From the NCBI GenBank assembly GCA_964547105.1, contig CAZJLO010000002.1, forward strand, positions 40,779-104,778: 64,000 nt of DNA, written 5' to 3'. Position 1 is the first letter of the stretch. Each line of letters begins with the position of its first letter. Under the pieces are notes generated by a model, which worked only from the letters and a program-made list of their open reading frames with translations, had not been told where the DNA came from and did not search any database. Both the position numbers and the translations under genes were made by a program. This document shows positions 37,599 to 46,368 of the stretch, one piece after another. This stretch comes from an uncultured Thermotogae bacterium (lineage in GTDB: Bacteria > Bipolaricaulota > Bipolaricaulia > UBA7950 > UBA9294).

Positions 37599-37625
37599 AG
37601 GAAATCGTTTTCCGAAATCGTTACC
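37599..37625. promoter_or_regulatory. candidate LacI-family operator (imperfect palindrome GGAAATCGTTTTCC plus adjacent half-site GAAATCGTT)
   Basis: Seen directly; CG-centred ANCGNT core typical of LacI/GalR operators; sits in the 5' UTR of the LacI gene and ~175 nt upstream of the divergent C-S lyase gene. Confidence 0.35.
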
Positions 37626-37797
37626 CTACCCTAGATGAGATTCGCAGTTTTGTCAAGAGGGAAAACGGCTCGGCATGATGATCGAGCATGGGGTCCTGTC
37701 TCGAACCGTCCGCCGAGCGGTCGCGGGCGATACCTGTATCCGGTTCGCCGCTTGTGTATGATCGACGCTGACGAAACCGGGTGGGGATGGGGGACAT

Positions 37798-38970
37798 ATG
37801 AGCAGGGCGAATTGGTTCGACCGGGCGATCGATCGGCGGAGCGGCGACAGCACGAAATGGCATGCCTATGGGAAGGATGTCCTCCCGATGTGGGTCGCGG
37901 ATATGGACTTCGCATCGCCTCCCGCCGTGATCGAAGCGCTTGAATCTCGCGTGCGGCATGGCGTATTTGGGTATCCCACGGACTGTGCCGAGCTTCGCGC
38001 CGCTGTTGTCGAATGGTTGTGGCGGAAGCACGGCTGGCGGATATCAGAACAGGACATTGTCTTCCTGCCAAACGTGGTGGCCGGGTTCAACCTTGCTGCG
38101 CGCGCTGTCTGTCACCCGGGAGATGGCATTATCTACCAGCCTCCCGTCTACTTCCCGATTCTCCGGGTTCCGGAGAACTCGAAAACAGCGGCGCAGCCAT
38201 CTCCGTTGATGCGCGACGGCGACGGTTCCTATCGCGTTGATTTGGAGGGTTTTCGTGCCGTGGCTGGTCCGGAGACAGGGATGTTCCTCTTGTGCAACCC
38301 GCACAACCCGGTCGGCCGGGTGCTCACGCCTGAGGAGCTTGCCGGACTGGCCGAGGTTTGCCTGGAGAGCGACATCGTGATCTGTTCAGACGAGATTCAC
38401 GGCGATCTTGTCTACGATGGCCATCGACATGTGCCGATGGCTTCCTTGTCGCCTGAGGTTGAGGCGCGGACGATTACCCTGATTGCCCCGAGCAAGACAT
38501 TCAACGTGGCCGGGATGGGATTAGCGATGGCGATCATCCCTGATCCGATCCTCCGCGAACGGTTCGAGGCGAGTCGAGGCGGGTTGGTGCCGTCACCTTC
38601 GATTCTCGGATACACGGCGGCCCTTGCGGCGTATGAGCACGGCCAGACATGGCACCGGGAGCTTGTCGCCTATCTTGAGGGCAACCGTGACTTCCTCACC
38701 GAATTTGTTGCGTCGGAGCTTGCCGGAATCTCAGTGCGTCCGGCGGAAGCGACGTTCCTTGCGTGGCTGGATTGTCGTTGTCTCAGCCTGATGCGGTCAC
38801 CTCATGACTTCTTCCTTGAGGAGGCGCGCGTGGCCGTCAATGACGGGGCGACGTTCGGCCCGGGGGGCGAGGGGTTCGTTCGGCTGAATTTCGGGTGCCC
38901 GCGCGCGCAACTCGAACAGGCGCTCGATCGGATGCGGTCTGCACTGAACGCACGATCCGCCAAGAGATAG
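37798..38970 (+). CDS. MalY/PatB-family PLP-dependent C-S lyase (cystathionine beta-lyase-like aminotransferase)
   Basis: 390 aa; class I/II aminotransferase fold, SKTFNVAGM PLP-lysine motif. Confidence 0.85.
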   Translation: MSRANWFDRAIDRRSGDSTKWHAYGKDVLPMWVADMDFASPPAVIEALESRVRHGVFGYPTDCAELRAAVVEWLWRKHGWRISEQDIVFLPNVVAGFNLAARAVCHPGDGIIYQPPVYFPILRVPENSKTAAQPSPLMRDGDGSYRVDLEGFRAVAGPETGMFLLCNPHNPVGRVLTPEELAGLAEVCLESDIVICSDEIHGDLVYDGHRHVPMASLSPEVEARTITLIAPSKTFNVAGMGLAMAIIPDPILRERFEASRGGLVPSPSILGYTAALAAYEHGQTWHRELVAYLEGNRDFLTEFVASELAGISVRPAEATFLAWLDCRCLSLMRSPHDFFLEEARVAVNDGATFGPGGEGFVRLNFGCPRAQLEQALDRMRSALNARSAKR

Positions 38971-39040
38971 CGGCCAACAAGGGATGGGCCGTCGACACTG
39001 CCGCGCTTCTCCGGGAAGCAAGAGCCAATCCGGTTCCGCT

Positions 39041-39361
39041 CTACTTCGGACAGCACTGGATGTTCTCGCTCATCAATTGCTCGATATCTCCGAGTGCATC
39101 GTGCGTCCAGCAATCGTCACCACCGGCGCTCTCGCGGAAGACGAGCGCCATGATGTAGGCCAGTTCCTTGAGCGTCGCCCCCGCCTCCAGTGCTCCTTTG
39201 AAGTGCTTGAGCAGACAGGGACGGGAGCGGCTTTTGATGGACAGCGCGAAGCAGATGAACTGATACGTCTTTTCGTCGATCGAGCGCTTGTCTTGATAGA
39301 GCGTATCGATTTCGTCGAACTTGTCGGCAAACTCGGGAAACCACTGGGCGAGCATTCGCAT
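39041..39361 (-). CDS. carboxymuconolactone decarboxylase (AhpD-like) family protein
   Basis: Start MRMLAQWFPEF with GGAGG SD; ~106 aa; CMD-family helical sequence. Confidence 0.6.
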   Translation of the reverse strand: MRMLAQWFPEFADKFDEIDTLYQDKRSIDEKTYQFICFALSIKSRSRPCLLKHFKGALEAGATLKELAYIMALVFRESAGGDDCWTHDALGDIEQLMSENIQCCPK

Positions 39362-39436
39362 AGGAACCTCCTGGGTTCGATCCCCTTGACGAGACCCAAG
39401 CGAGCAGGGCCGCACGATCGACCTAGTTCGCTTCGT

Positions 39437-40126
39437 TCAGACCAAGTAGACATACGTAAGTGAGAAGTAGAATCCGACTCCAAGGAACACGATGCCGGTG
39501 ATGCGGCGAGCCCAACGTTCGATCGATTGGAATCTTCCGAACAGGGTTGCTGCGGCGCGGACTCCCATGGCCAGTGCAATTGCCACCGCGATGACCGGCA
39601 GGGCTGTTCCGATCCCGTAGGCGAGCGGAACGGCGAACCGAGAGTGTTCGGTGACGGCAAGAGGAATCAAGCTACCGAAGAACAGGGTTGCCGAAACCGG
39701 ACAGAACGCTAGCGCGAGAAGCACGCCCAATAACCATGCGCCAAGCAGCCCGATCCGCTCGATTCGCTGCTGCCATCGCTCTCCAATCCCGGTGCGGCGG
39801 CCGGCGCGAAGCCGAATCAAGTCGAGCAGGATCAACCCCACGACGATCAGAATCGGGCCGAGAAGCTTGTTCAACGCTCGCTGCAGAACCAAGGAAAGGC
39901 CCGGGGCGGCGACAAGGCCCGCCACGAGCAACGCGCCGATCACGACATACGTTGTGGCACGGCCCAAGGCATACAGCGCACCGGAAGCGAGAACGACCCC
40001 GGGGCGATCCATGCGTCGGGCAACGAACGAGATCGCGGTGATATTCGCTGCCAGCGGACACGGGCTGATCGAAGTGAGAATGCCCAGCCAAACGGCGGAA
40101 GCCCACAGCAGAATGGTGTCAGTCAT
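39437..40126 (-). CDS. cytochrome c biogenesis CcdA / DsbD-like thiol-disulfide transmembrane electron transporter
   Basis: 229 aa, 6 TM; two conserved Cys in TM1/TM4 (SPCPLAAN ; FCPVSATLF). Confidence 0.7.
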   Translation of the reverse strand: MTDTILLWASAVWLGILTSISPCPLAANITAISFVARRMDRPGVVLASGALYALGRATTYVVIGALLVAGLVAAPGLSLVLQRALNKLLGPILIVVGLILLDLIRLRAGRRTGIGERWQQRIERIGLLGAWLLGVLLALAFCPVSATLFFGSLIPLAVTEHSRFAVPLAYGIGTALPVIAVAIALAMGVRAAATLFGRFQSIERWARRITGIVFLGVGFYFSLTYVYLV

Positions 40127-40793
40127 CGAGTTCTCCCAACATCAGCCGTGTTTGGGCGATGACGTAGGCGTCGAATGGGCCGCCTTGATCCTGGTGGATC
40201 AGCTCCCAGGTACGTGTCAGGACGCGGTACTCCCGCTCGAGATCGCCCTCGACGAGCACGAGAACCAATGACGGGGACGTCAGGTCGTAGTCGAAGATCA
40301 CGTGTTGGTTCTCGGCAAGCTCCATGTTGATGGCGGCCCAGCGCAACCTTCTGCTGGCGAGTTCATCGGGAAACGCTCGTTGCAGCGCCTCGTCCGCCCG
40401 TTGCTCGATTGCCAGGCACGTTACACAGCGGTGCGTGTTGTGGAAGTAGTAGGCGACCACGAATGGCTCGGGAACCGTGGCAACGATGGGCATAGGGTCG
40501 GCTGCCGACGATGTCGAGGGTTGATCGGTGCCTCCGCTGTCGCCATGCGGGAGAGCGGGCGCGTTGACGAGCGTGTTTTGGCCCTGTTGCTCGGATGGAT
40601 CGACCGGCGACGGAGCGGGTGCTACCATTGCAGTGTTCTCGGTCTCACCTTCCCCCGGGACGGATTCCACCGCCACGGGTGCGCGGCTCGTCGTCCATGA
40701 GCCGACTTCGCCGGCGATCCCCAATGCAAACGTGGTTGCGGCAAATGCCATGAGCGCGACCGTGAAAAGCCTTCGAATCCAAATCATGGCCAA
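40119..40793 (-). CDS. membrane-anchored thioredoxin-like CxxC protein
   Basis: 224 aa; N-terminal TM, low-complexity linker, FHNTHRCVTC (CxxC) thioredoxin-fold region; stop overlaps CcdA start. Confidence 0.55.
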   Translation of the reverse strand: MAMIWIRRLFTVALMAFAATTFALGIAGEVGSWTTSRAPVAVESVPGEGETENTAMVAPAPSPVDPSEQQGQNTLVNAPALPHGDSGGTDQPSTSSAADPMPIVATVPEPFVVAYYFHNTHRCVTCLAIEQRADEALQRAFPDELASRRLRWAAINMELAENQHVIFDYDLTSPSLVLVLVEGDLEREYRVLTRTWELIHQDQGGPFDAYVIAQTRLMLGELDD

Positions 40794-40816
40794 CCTCCGA
40801 TGGGTCCATCGGGCAC

Positions 40817-41053
40817 CTATGGTCGGATCAGCAGAGCCTTGATCTCCTCCGGCGTGAGTACCTTGCCCGCGGACTTCACGTCACCCTCCACAACCAGGGC
40901 GGGCGTGAGCATCACACCGTACCCGACGATATCCGCGATGTCTTCCACTTTGAAAACGTCTGCTTCGATGCCCTCTTCAGCAATGGCAGCATGCACATTG
41001 GCGAGAAGCTGCTGGCATTTCGGGCAGCCTGTACCGAGGATCTCGATTTTCAT
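40817..41053 (-). CDS. redox-active disulfide protein 2 (small thioredoxin-like)
   Basis: Only the last 78 aa of the 234-aa track ORF look real: MKIEILGTGCPKCQQL.. (CPKC), GGAG SD before ATG 41053. Confidence 0.65.
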   Translation of the reverse strand: MKIEILGTGCPKCQQLLANVHAAIAEEGIEADVFKVEDIADIVGYGVMLTPALVVEGDVKSAGKVLTPEEIKALLIRP

Positions 41054-41079
41054 GGTTGCTCCTTCTCGATTGAGTCGGC

Positions 41080-42393
41080 TTAGCCGACGATGACACCAAA
41101 CAGTTTCCCTGACAGTGTCGCCGCGATGCATACCAGCGCCACGTAGGCCAAGGTTTTCTTGGTTCCGAGCACCTTGCGGATCACCAACATATTCGGAAGC
41201 GACAGGGCCGGTCCGGCAAGCAACAAGGCGAGCGCCGGCCCGTCTCCCATCCCCGCCCCTTGAAGCCCCTGCAAGATAGGCAGTTCGGTCAGTGTGGCGA
41301 AGTACATCAACGCGCCGGACACGCTGGCGATCGCGTTGGCCGCCCAGGAGTTTCCGCCCACAAGTCCCGAGATCCACGATTCGGGGATCAGTGCAGCATG
41401 CCCCGGGCGTCCAAGGAGGAATCCGGCGAGCAGAACGCCGCCGAACAGGTACGGGAGGATGAGCTTGGCGTAGGTCCAGCTGGAAGCGCCCCACTCCTTG
41501 ATCTCCGGCCGGCGGAACCACCGGAGGAGCATGACGAGCAGGACGGCAAGGAAGCCGAGTGCAATGTAGAAGCGGGATTCATAGATCGTCGTGTAAGCCG
41601 AAGGGGTGTAGGAGAGTTCAGCCAGCTCATCGGTCGGGATGGTGACAACTTCGTCCATTCCGGTAGGGCGAACGGAAAGTTCGGTTGCGGTCTGGCCGAC
41701 GCGGATACCGGTGACCATAGTGCCTGCTGATGTCCGCACGGAGATCGATCCCGGCTTTCCCCAGTTGACGAACACGAGGAAACCGATCATCACGGCGACG
41801 AATGCGGCGGTTTTCCACAAGGGGCGAGCTTCGGGCGGCTCCTGTGGGGCAACGGCGGCAGCCTGTTGCTCTCGGGTCTGCTCCTCGTGGCGGAACAGGA
41901 AGTGCATCGCAAGTCCGATGAGAATCGCGAACAACACCGCCCCGATCGCCCGCGCAATCCCGAACTCCACTCCGAGGACGCGAGCCGTGAGGATGATCGC
42001 CAACACGTTGATCGCGGGCCCGGAGTACAGGAAGGCAACCGCCGGACCGAGGCCTGCGCCGCGCTTGTAGATACCGGCAAACAGCGGAAGCACAGTGCAC
42101 GAACACACAGCAAGAACCGCGCCGGACACAGAAGCAACGGTATAGGCAACCGCTTTTCGCGCTGAGGAACCCAAGTACTTGATGACACTGCCTTGCTTGA
42201 TGAAAACGGCGATCGCGCCGGCGATGAAGAACGCGGGGACAAGGCAGAGCAACACGTGTTCCCGTGCGTACTCCTGAAGCATGGCAAACGCTTCGCCGAT
42301 CGCGGCGGAGACGCGCGGGTTTCCGAACGGAACGAAGTAGGCGAAGAGGAAGGTTGCGGCAAGGATGACGAAGATGCGGAGCTGCTTGTTCAT
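41080..42393 (-). CDS. YraQ/DUF318-family permease
   Basis: 437 aa polytopic membrane protein with two CxC-containing halves (VCSCTVLP) typical of ArsR-associated permeases. Confidence 0.7.
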   Translation of the reverse strand: MNKQLRIFVILAATFLFAYFVPFGNPRVSAAIGEAFAMLQEYAREHVLLCLVPAFFIAGAIAVFIKQGSVIKYLGSSARKAVAYTVASVSGAVLAVCSCTVLPLFAGIYKRGAGLGPAVAFLYSGPAINVLAIILTARVLGVEFGIARAIGAVLFAILIGLAMHFLFRHEEQTREQQAAAVAPQEPPEARPLWKTAAFVAVMIGFLVFVNWGKPGSISVRTSAGTMVTGIRVGQTATELSVRPTGMDEVVTIPTDELAELSYTPSAYTTIYESRFYIALGFLAVLLVMLLRWFRRPEIKEWGASSWTYAKLILPYLFGGVLLAGFLLGRPGHAALIPESWISGLVGGNSWAANAIASVSGALMYFATLTELPILQGLQGAGMGDGPALALLLAGPALSLPNMLVIRKVLGTKKTLAYVALVCIAATLSGKLFGVIVG

Positions 42394-42674
42394 GAGCTGT
42401 CCTCCGGGAGAGGGAGCCGCTCAAGGCGCTGAAGGACTTCGAGGATGCTGGGATCCGATAGGTGCCACAGCACGCGGACGCCGTCCCGGCGCGAGGCAAT
42501 GAGCCCCGACCGTGAGAGCTGTGCGAGATGCCGTGAGACCACGGATGCATCCAGGTCGAGGACCGGTGCAAACTCACATCCACACCGCTCTCCTTCGGAC
42601 AGCAATGTCAGAATGTGGATCCGCGCCGGATGGGCGATGGCCTTCCCAATCGTTGCAACGCGGTCGCTGTTCAT
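42390..42674 (-). CDS. ArsR/SmtB-family transcriptional regulator
   Basis: Start MNSDRVATIGKAIAHPARIHILTLL..; HTH and ELCVCEF-like metal/redox sensing region (CGCEFAPVLDL). Confidence 0.8.
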   Translation of the reverse strand: MNSDRVATIGKAIAHPARIHILTLLSEGERCGCEFAPVLDLDASVVSRHLAQLSRSGLIASRRDGVRVLWHLSDPSILEVLQRLERLPLPEDSS

Positions 42675-42811
42675 GATGCTCCTTGCAAACATGCACAATA
42701 ATGCACGAATACTAGCACACGCTTCTCGTCATGTCAATCAAGGACGCCCTTCGGGATCCGTCGGCGGGCTCTGAAACATGGAAAACGGCTACGAAGGCGG
42801 TCGTATCGTGT

Positions 42812-43993
42812 TCAATCAACCCGTGGGTCAAGGTCACGGCTCTCAGGCGGCTCGCCGAGCAGGATGCCCTCTCTGGCGATCGCAAGTCCCTCATCGTTGC
42901 GCACGGAAAGGATCTGCGTCGCACTCCCGGGAGCGTGACGTGGCATGACGTCCTGTGATTGGGGAGCCAGGTTCGCAGCAGGATCAAGACGGAAACCCAG
43001 GTGGGAAAGACGCTTGCAGAGTTCTCCTCGGACATCGGGTGACGTCAGACCGACATCATCCGTGAACACGAGAGCATCGATCGGTCCCGCGGCGGCGAGC
43101 ATCGCCCCGACCGCGGATGTGAGGCGATGGAAGTACACCCCGAGTGCCAGCGATACGCGTGGTTGGCTGGAGCGGAACAGGGTCTTGCTCGAGTCGCGGC
43201 GAATATCGAGCAAGTCGCGGATATCGCTGGAAACACCGGAAAGCCCGAGCAGTCCGCTGGCATGATTCAAGATCTGACGAGCCTCTTCGACTCCGCCTCC
43301 GAGACGATCTGCAAGTCGAAGCGGAATCATCGGGTCTACGTCGCCGCATCGCGTGCTCATGACCAGACCCGCCGTCGGTGTGGCACCCATCGACGTATCG
43401 ACTGAACGGCCGTCGCGAATAGCGGCGACGCTTGATCCGCCGGTCCCCAAGTGACAGGCGACCAGCGAGACCTCATCAACGCAACGATCGAAGTACGCTG
43501 CCGTCTTCGCGGTGATGTCGTGATACGACAAGCCATGGAAGCCGACCTTGTGCATCGCTGGATCCAGAAACCACGGATAGGGGAGCCCGTATGTCTTTGC
43601 CTCGTTGGAGAGAGTGCAGTGAAACGCCGTATCAAAGGCAACATACTGGGGAATCCCCGGCAGATCGCGCAACGTGGCTTGGATGACGGAGAGGCTGTTG
43701 GGGTTGTGGATCGGGGCCAGTGGACAGCATGCGTTGAGCCGGACGAGCACAGTGTTGTCGACCCAGGCGGACCGATTGAAGGTGGATCCGCCGTGCACGA
43801 ACCGATGTCCGACACGGTCAACGGTGAAGCCGTGCGTACGAAGCAAGTCAACCAGCCTTTCCGTAGCGGCGGCGTACGTCGGGAGTTCGGCGGGCATCTG
43901 GCTTGCGCCTCCGGGAGCCCGATAGCTGATGGACGCATCTGCGAGTCCATGCACCGCGACTCGATGAGCCTTGGCGCTCAGAAGCTCGGACAC
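42812..43993 (-). CDS. acetate/propionate kinase family protein with atypical N-terminus (possible pseudogene)
   Basis: 393 aa; HRFVHGG, APIHNP, FDTAFH, VGFHGLSYH, ACHLGTGGSSVAAI motifs present but the N-terminal NCGSSS phosphate-1 segment is not recognisable. Confidence 0.65.
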   Translation of the reverse strand: MSELLSAKAHRVAVHGLADASISYRAPGGASQMPAELPTYAAATERLVDLLRTHGFTVDRVGHRFVHGGSTFNRSAWVDNTVLVRLNACCPLAPIHNPNSLSVIQATLRDLPGIPQYVAFDTAFHCTLSNEAKTYGLPYPWFLDPAMHKVGFHGLSYHDITAKTAAYFDRCVDEVSLVACHLGTGGSSVAAIRDGRSVDTSMGATPTAGLVMSTRCGDVDPMIPLRLADRLGGGVEEARQILNHASGLLGLSGVSSDIRDLLDIRRDSSKTLFRSSQPRVSLALGVYFHRLTSAVGAMLAAAGPIDALVFTDDVGLTSPDVRGELCKRLSHLGFRLDPAANLAPQSQDVMPRHAPGSATQILSVRNDEGLAIAREGILLGEPPESRDLDPRVD

Positions 43994-44215
43994 GTGGTGA
44001 GAAAGATCGACCAGATGGGGTCGTTGAGGGTTGCGATGTTCATAGCGGGTCGGCTGTCATTCTACCAGCAGACGCCCTTTGTAGCTGTCCGTGCCTTCGT
44101 CGGCCGGATCGGCCGTGCCTTGGTGATTGCGTTACGCCTACGAGGCGGCGATACTCAGGCAACGCTCTGCTTCTGGCGGAGGAGACTTGGCCACGGAGAT
44201 CTTCGGAGGAATCGA

Positions 44216-44767
44216 ATGAGTCAGCACGCCGCGACAATGAGCGAATGGGATCGAAGTGCCCAGATCCTACGTAGATCGCTGGAGGCCGGAGGAGCATTCT
44301 TGCTGACCCAGACTCCGGATGGACGGACGAATCCGATGACGATCGGCTGGGCCCAGTTGGGGATTATCTGGAATCGTCCGATCTGCACGGTGTTCGTTCG
44401 CAAGAGCCGCTATAGCTATGGATGCATCACCAACGCACGGGAGTTTGTCGTAAGTGTTCCGTTCTCCGGAGAACTCAGAGGCGAGCTTGCCGTCTGCGGT
44501 TCCACTTCCGGAAGGGAAATCGACAAGATCCGGGAAACCGGTCTTCCGCTTGTACCGGGCCGCGTCATTGGCACGCCGGTGATCAAGGACTGCGACCTGC
44601 AGATTGAGTGCCGGACGGTTGCGAGCACGCAGATGCTCACCGCCGACCTGATTGCGGACGACGTCCGAGAGTCATTCTATTCGGAGGGCGACGAACATCT
44701 TGTTGTCTTTGGCGAGATCGTCGCCATGTATCGGACGGATTCGAAACCGATGCGGAAGGAAGCGTAG
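44216..44767 (+). CDS. flavin reductase-like (FMN-binding split-barrel) domain protein
   Basis: Real part is the last 183 aa of the 438-aa track ORF, starting MSQHAATMSEW after GGAGGA SD; flavin-reductase-fold sequence. Confidence 0.7.
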   Translation: MSQHAATMSEWDRSAQILRRSLEAGGAFLLTQTPDGRTNPMTIGWAQLGIIWNRPICTVFVRKSRYSYGCITNAREFVVSVPFSGELRGELAVCGSTSGREIDKIRETGLPLVPGRVIGTPVIKDCDLQIECRTVASTQMLTADLIADDVRESFYSEGDEHLVVFGEIVAMYRTDSKPMRKEA

Positions 44768-44783
44768 CGTGGTGCAAGATGGT

Positions 44784-45296
44784 ATGTCTGCGGCGCCTAT
44801 TCGGGCCGCGCATCGGTTATTGGCGGGCGGTTCCCGACCGGATCCTCGCGGTGAATGGCTTCTCTGCGTCCTTCACGTAGAGCGGATGCGATTGATTGCG
44901 ATGCGGGGAAGCCAGCTCGTCTACCGCAGCGATCGGCGAGGGATCCGTCCTCTTTTGGAGATGCTTGACACAGGTTCGGAAGGGAGTCTTCGCGGGGCTT
45001 CGTTCGCTGATGCTGTGGTCGGGAAAGCCTCGGCGCTGCTGCTGGCGTTCGCCGGAGCAGCGTTTGTAGCAACGGATCTTCTCTCTGATGCTGCCGCTGT
45101 GCTGCTCACGGAGCAAGGCGTGCCGTTCTATGCGCGGAAACGCGTGTCGCGGATTGCGGGACGCGTTCCGGGGCAGCCTTGCCCATTTGAGCAGTCCGTG
45201 GCATCGATTGATGAGCCGAAAGACGCACTCAAGGTTCTTGCCGCTCTGCACGAGCGGCTCCGGGACCAGGGTTCACAGCACGGACCACAGGCGTAG
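44784..45296 (+). CDS. DUF1893 (TM1506-like) family protein
   Basis: Start MSAAPIRAAH..; DAVVGKASALLLAFAGAAFV region typical of DUF1893. Confidence 0.5.
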   Translation: MSAAPIRAAHRLLAGGSRPDPRGEWLLCVLHVERMRLIAMRGSQLVYRSDRRGIRPLLEMLDTGSEGSLRGASFADAVVGKASALLLAFAGAAFVATDLLSDAAAVLLTEQGVPFYARKRVSRIAGRVPGQPCPFEQSVASIDEPKDALKVLAALHERLRDQGSQHGPQA

Positions 45297-45319
45297 GCCA
45301 GCCGGAAGCATCCGGGGAC

Positions 45320-46285
45320 TCAGAACGTGAACCGCGCCGAGACGACGTGGGATCCAGAAATGCCGATGACGCCCTGCTGGAAAGGTTGGACGTAAGCATA
45401 GTCGACGACGATCCCCCTGATCGGGCCGACGCCGACCCCTCCAGAGAAACGAATGCGCCTCTTATCTTCTTCGGAAGTCGGTTCGACACGAATGCCTGCA
45501 CGAAGTGAGAGGCTGGGGATGACCAGGATCTCCACTCCGGCTCCGATCGAGGTTGGCTGCTGCACGCTGAGGGTTAGTTCGGATGCTGTCTTGAGAGTCC
45601 CGTCGAACCAGGCCGCGGATGCGGCCAGGCGATGGGTCGCCGGAACGATCGAGAGGGGTTCCTGACCGGTTCCCTTCCAGTGGATGAACGTATTGGAGAT
45701 ATCGCGGCTGTGGAAGGCCAACGTCCAGACGCCTGTCGAGAACTGACCACCGAGATCCCATCCGAATCCGCGTGCCTCACCTTCGAGCATCTCCTCGTGG
45801 TAGAGCTTGATCGTCGTTCCCAAACGGAGCGATCCGCTCTGCGACGATGAACCAGCGCCGACTCCCACAAGCAGGATCGAGCTTGTATAGTCGAACAGCC
45901 CGTTGCCCTCCGTGCTCGGGATGTCTTCGACCGATGCATTCAGCCAACCGATCCCGGCGCCGAGACGCCCTGAACCGAATACACTTGCGGTTCCAATGAA
46001 TTGCTGCGAATAGCCGAGGTTCGGACCGAGCGGCTGGCTGTACATTGCCGCAAGCTCCAGCGGAACCGAGCACAACAAAGCGGGATTCCAGAACACGGCT
46101 GTTGCATCGTTTACGATAGCCGTTGCCGTGCCGCCAAGGGCAAGCGCACGCGCCCCGACACCCTCACGGAACTGCGCCGCTGCGCTCCATCCAGGTTCGA
46201 TCTGCGCCTCGGCCGCGATGACGAACACAAGACAGACTAGGGCAAACAAGATTGCCGCCTTGGATAGGATCGAACGCTTCCGCAT
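45320..46285 (-). CDS. outer-membrane beta-barrel protein, PorV/FadL-like
   Basis: 321 aa; signal peptide, AVFWNPA motif, alternating amphipathic strands, C-terminal Phe; AGGAGG SD. Confidence 0.5.
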   Translation of the reverse strand: MRKRSILSKAAILFALVCLVFVIAAEAQIEPGWSAAAQFREGVGARALALGGTATAIVNDATAVFWNPALLCSVPLELAAMYSQPLGPNLGYSQQFIGTASVFGSGRLGAGIGWLNASVEDIPSTEGNGLFDYTSSILLVGVGAGSSSQSGSLRLGTTIKLYHEEMLEGEARGFGWDLGGQFSTGVWTLAFHSRDISNTFIHWKGTGQEPLSIVPATHRLAASAAWFDGTLKTASELTLSVQQPTSIGAGVEILVIPSLSLRAGIRVEPTSEEDKRRIRFSGGVGVGPIRGIVVDYAYVQPFQQGVIGISGSHVVSARFTF

Positions 46286-46329
46286 GATCAGCCTCCTATA
46301 AGTACGCCACGTAGTTCATCCTACAAGAA

Positions 46330-46358
46330 GGAGGCGGATCTCGGAAAGACCCGCCTCC
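46330..46358 (-). terminator. stem-loop (GGAGGCGG..13 nt..CCGCCTCC), candidate intrinsic terminator/attenuator
   Basis: Perfect 8-bp GC-rich inverted repeat 11 nt after the T9SS-cargo stop, followed on the minus strand by a U-containing stretch. Confidence 0.45.
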
Positions 46359-46368
46359 GATCGTCGTC

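Noticed and set aside
41054-41521. Upstream extension of the 234-aa minus-strand ORF
   Set aside because: Overlaps the YraQ permease gene on the same strand in another frame; only the 78-aa CPKC thioredoxin-like tail has an SD and a sensible sequence.
43451-44215. N-terminal two-thirds of the 438-aa plus-strand ORF
   Set aside because: Antisense to the acetate-kinase homolog; only the segment after the SD-preceded ATG at 44216 looks like a real (flavin-reductase-like) gene.
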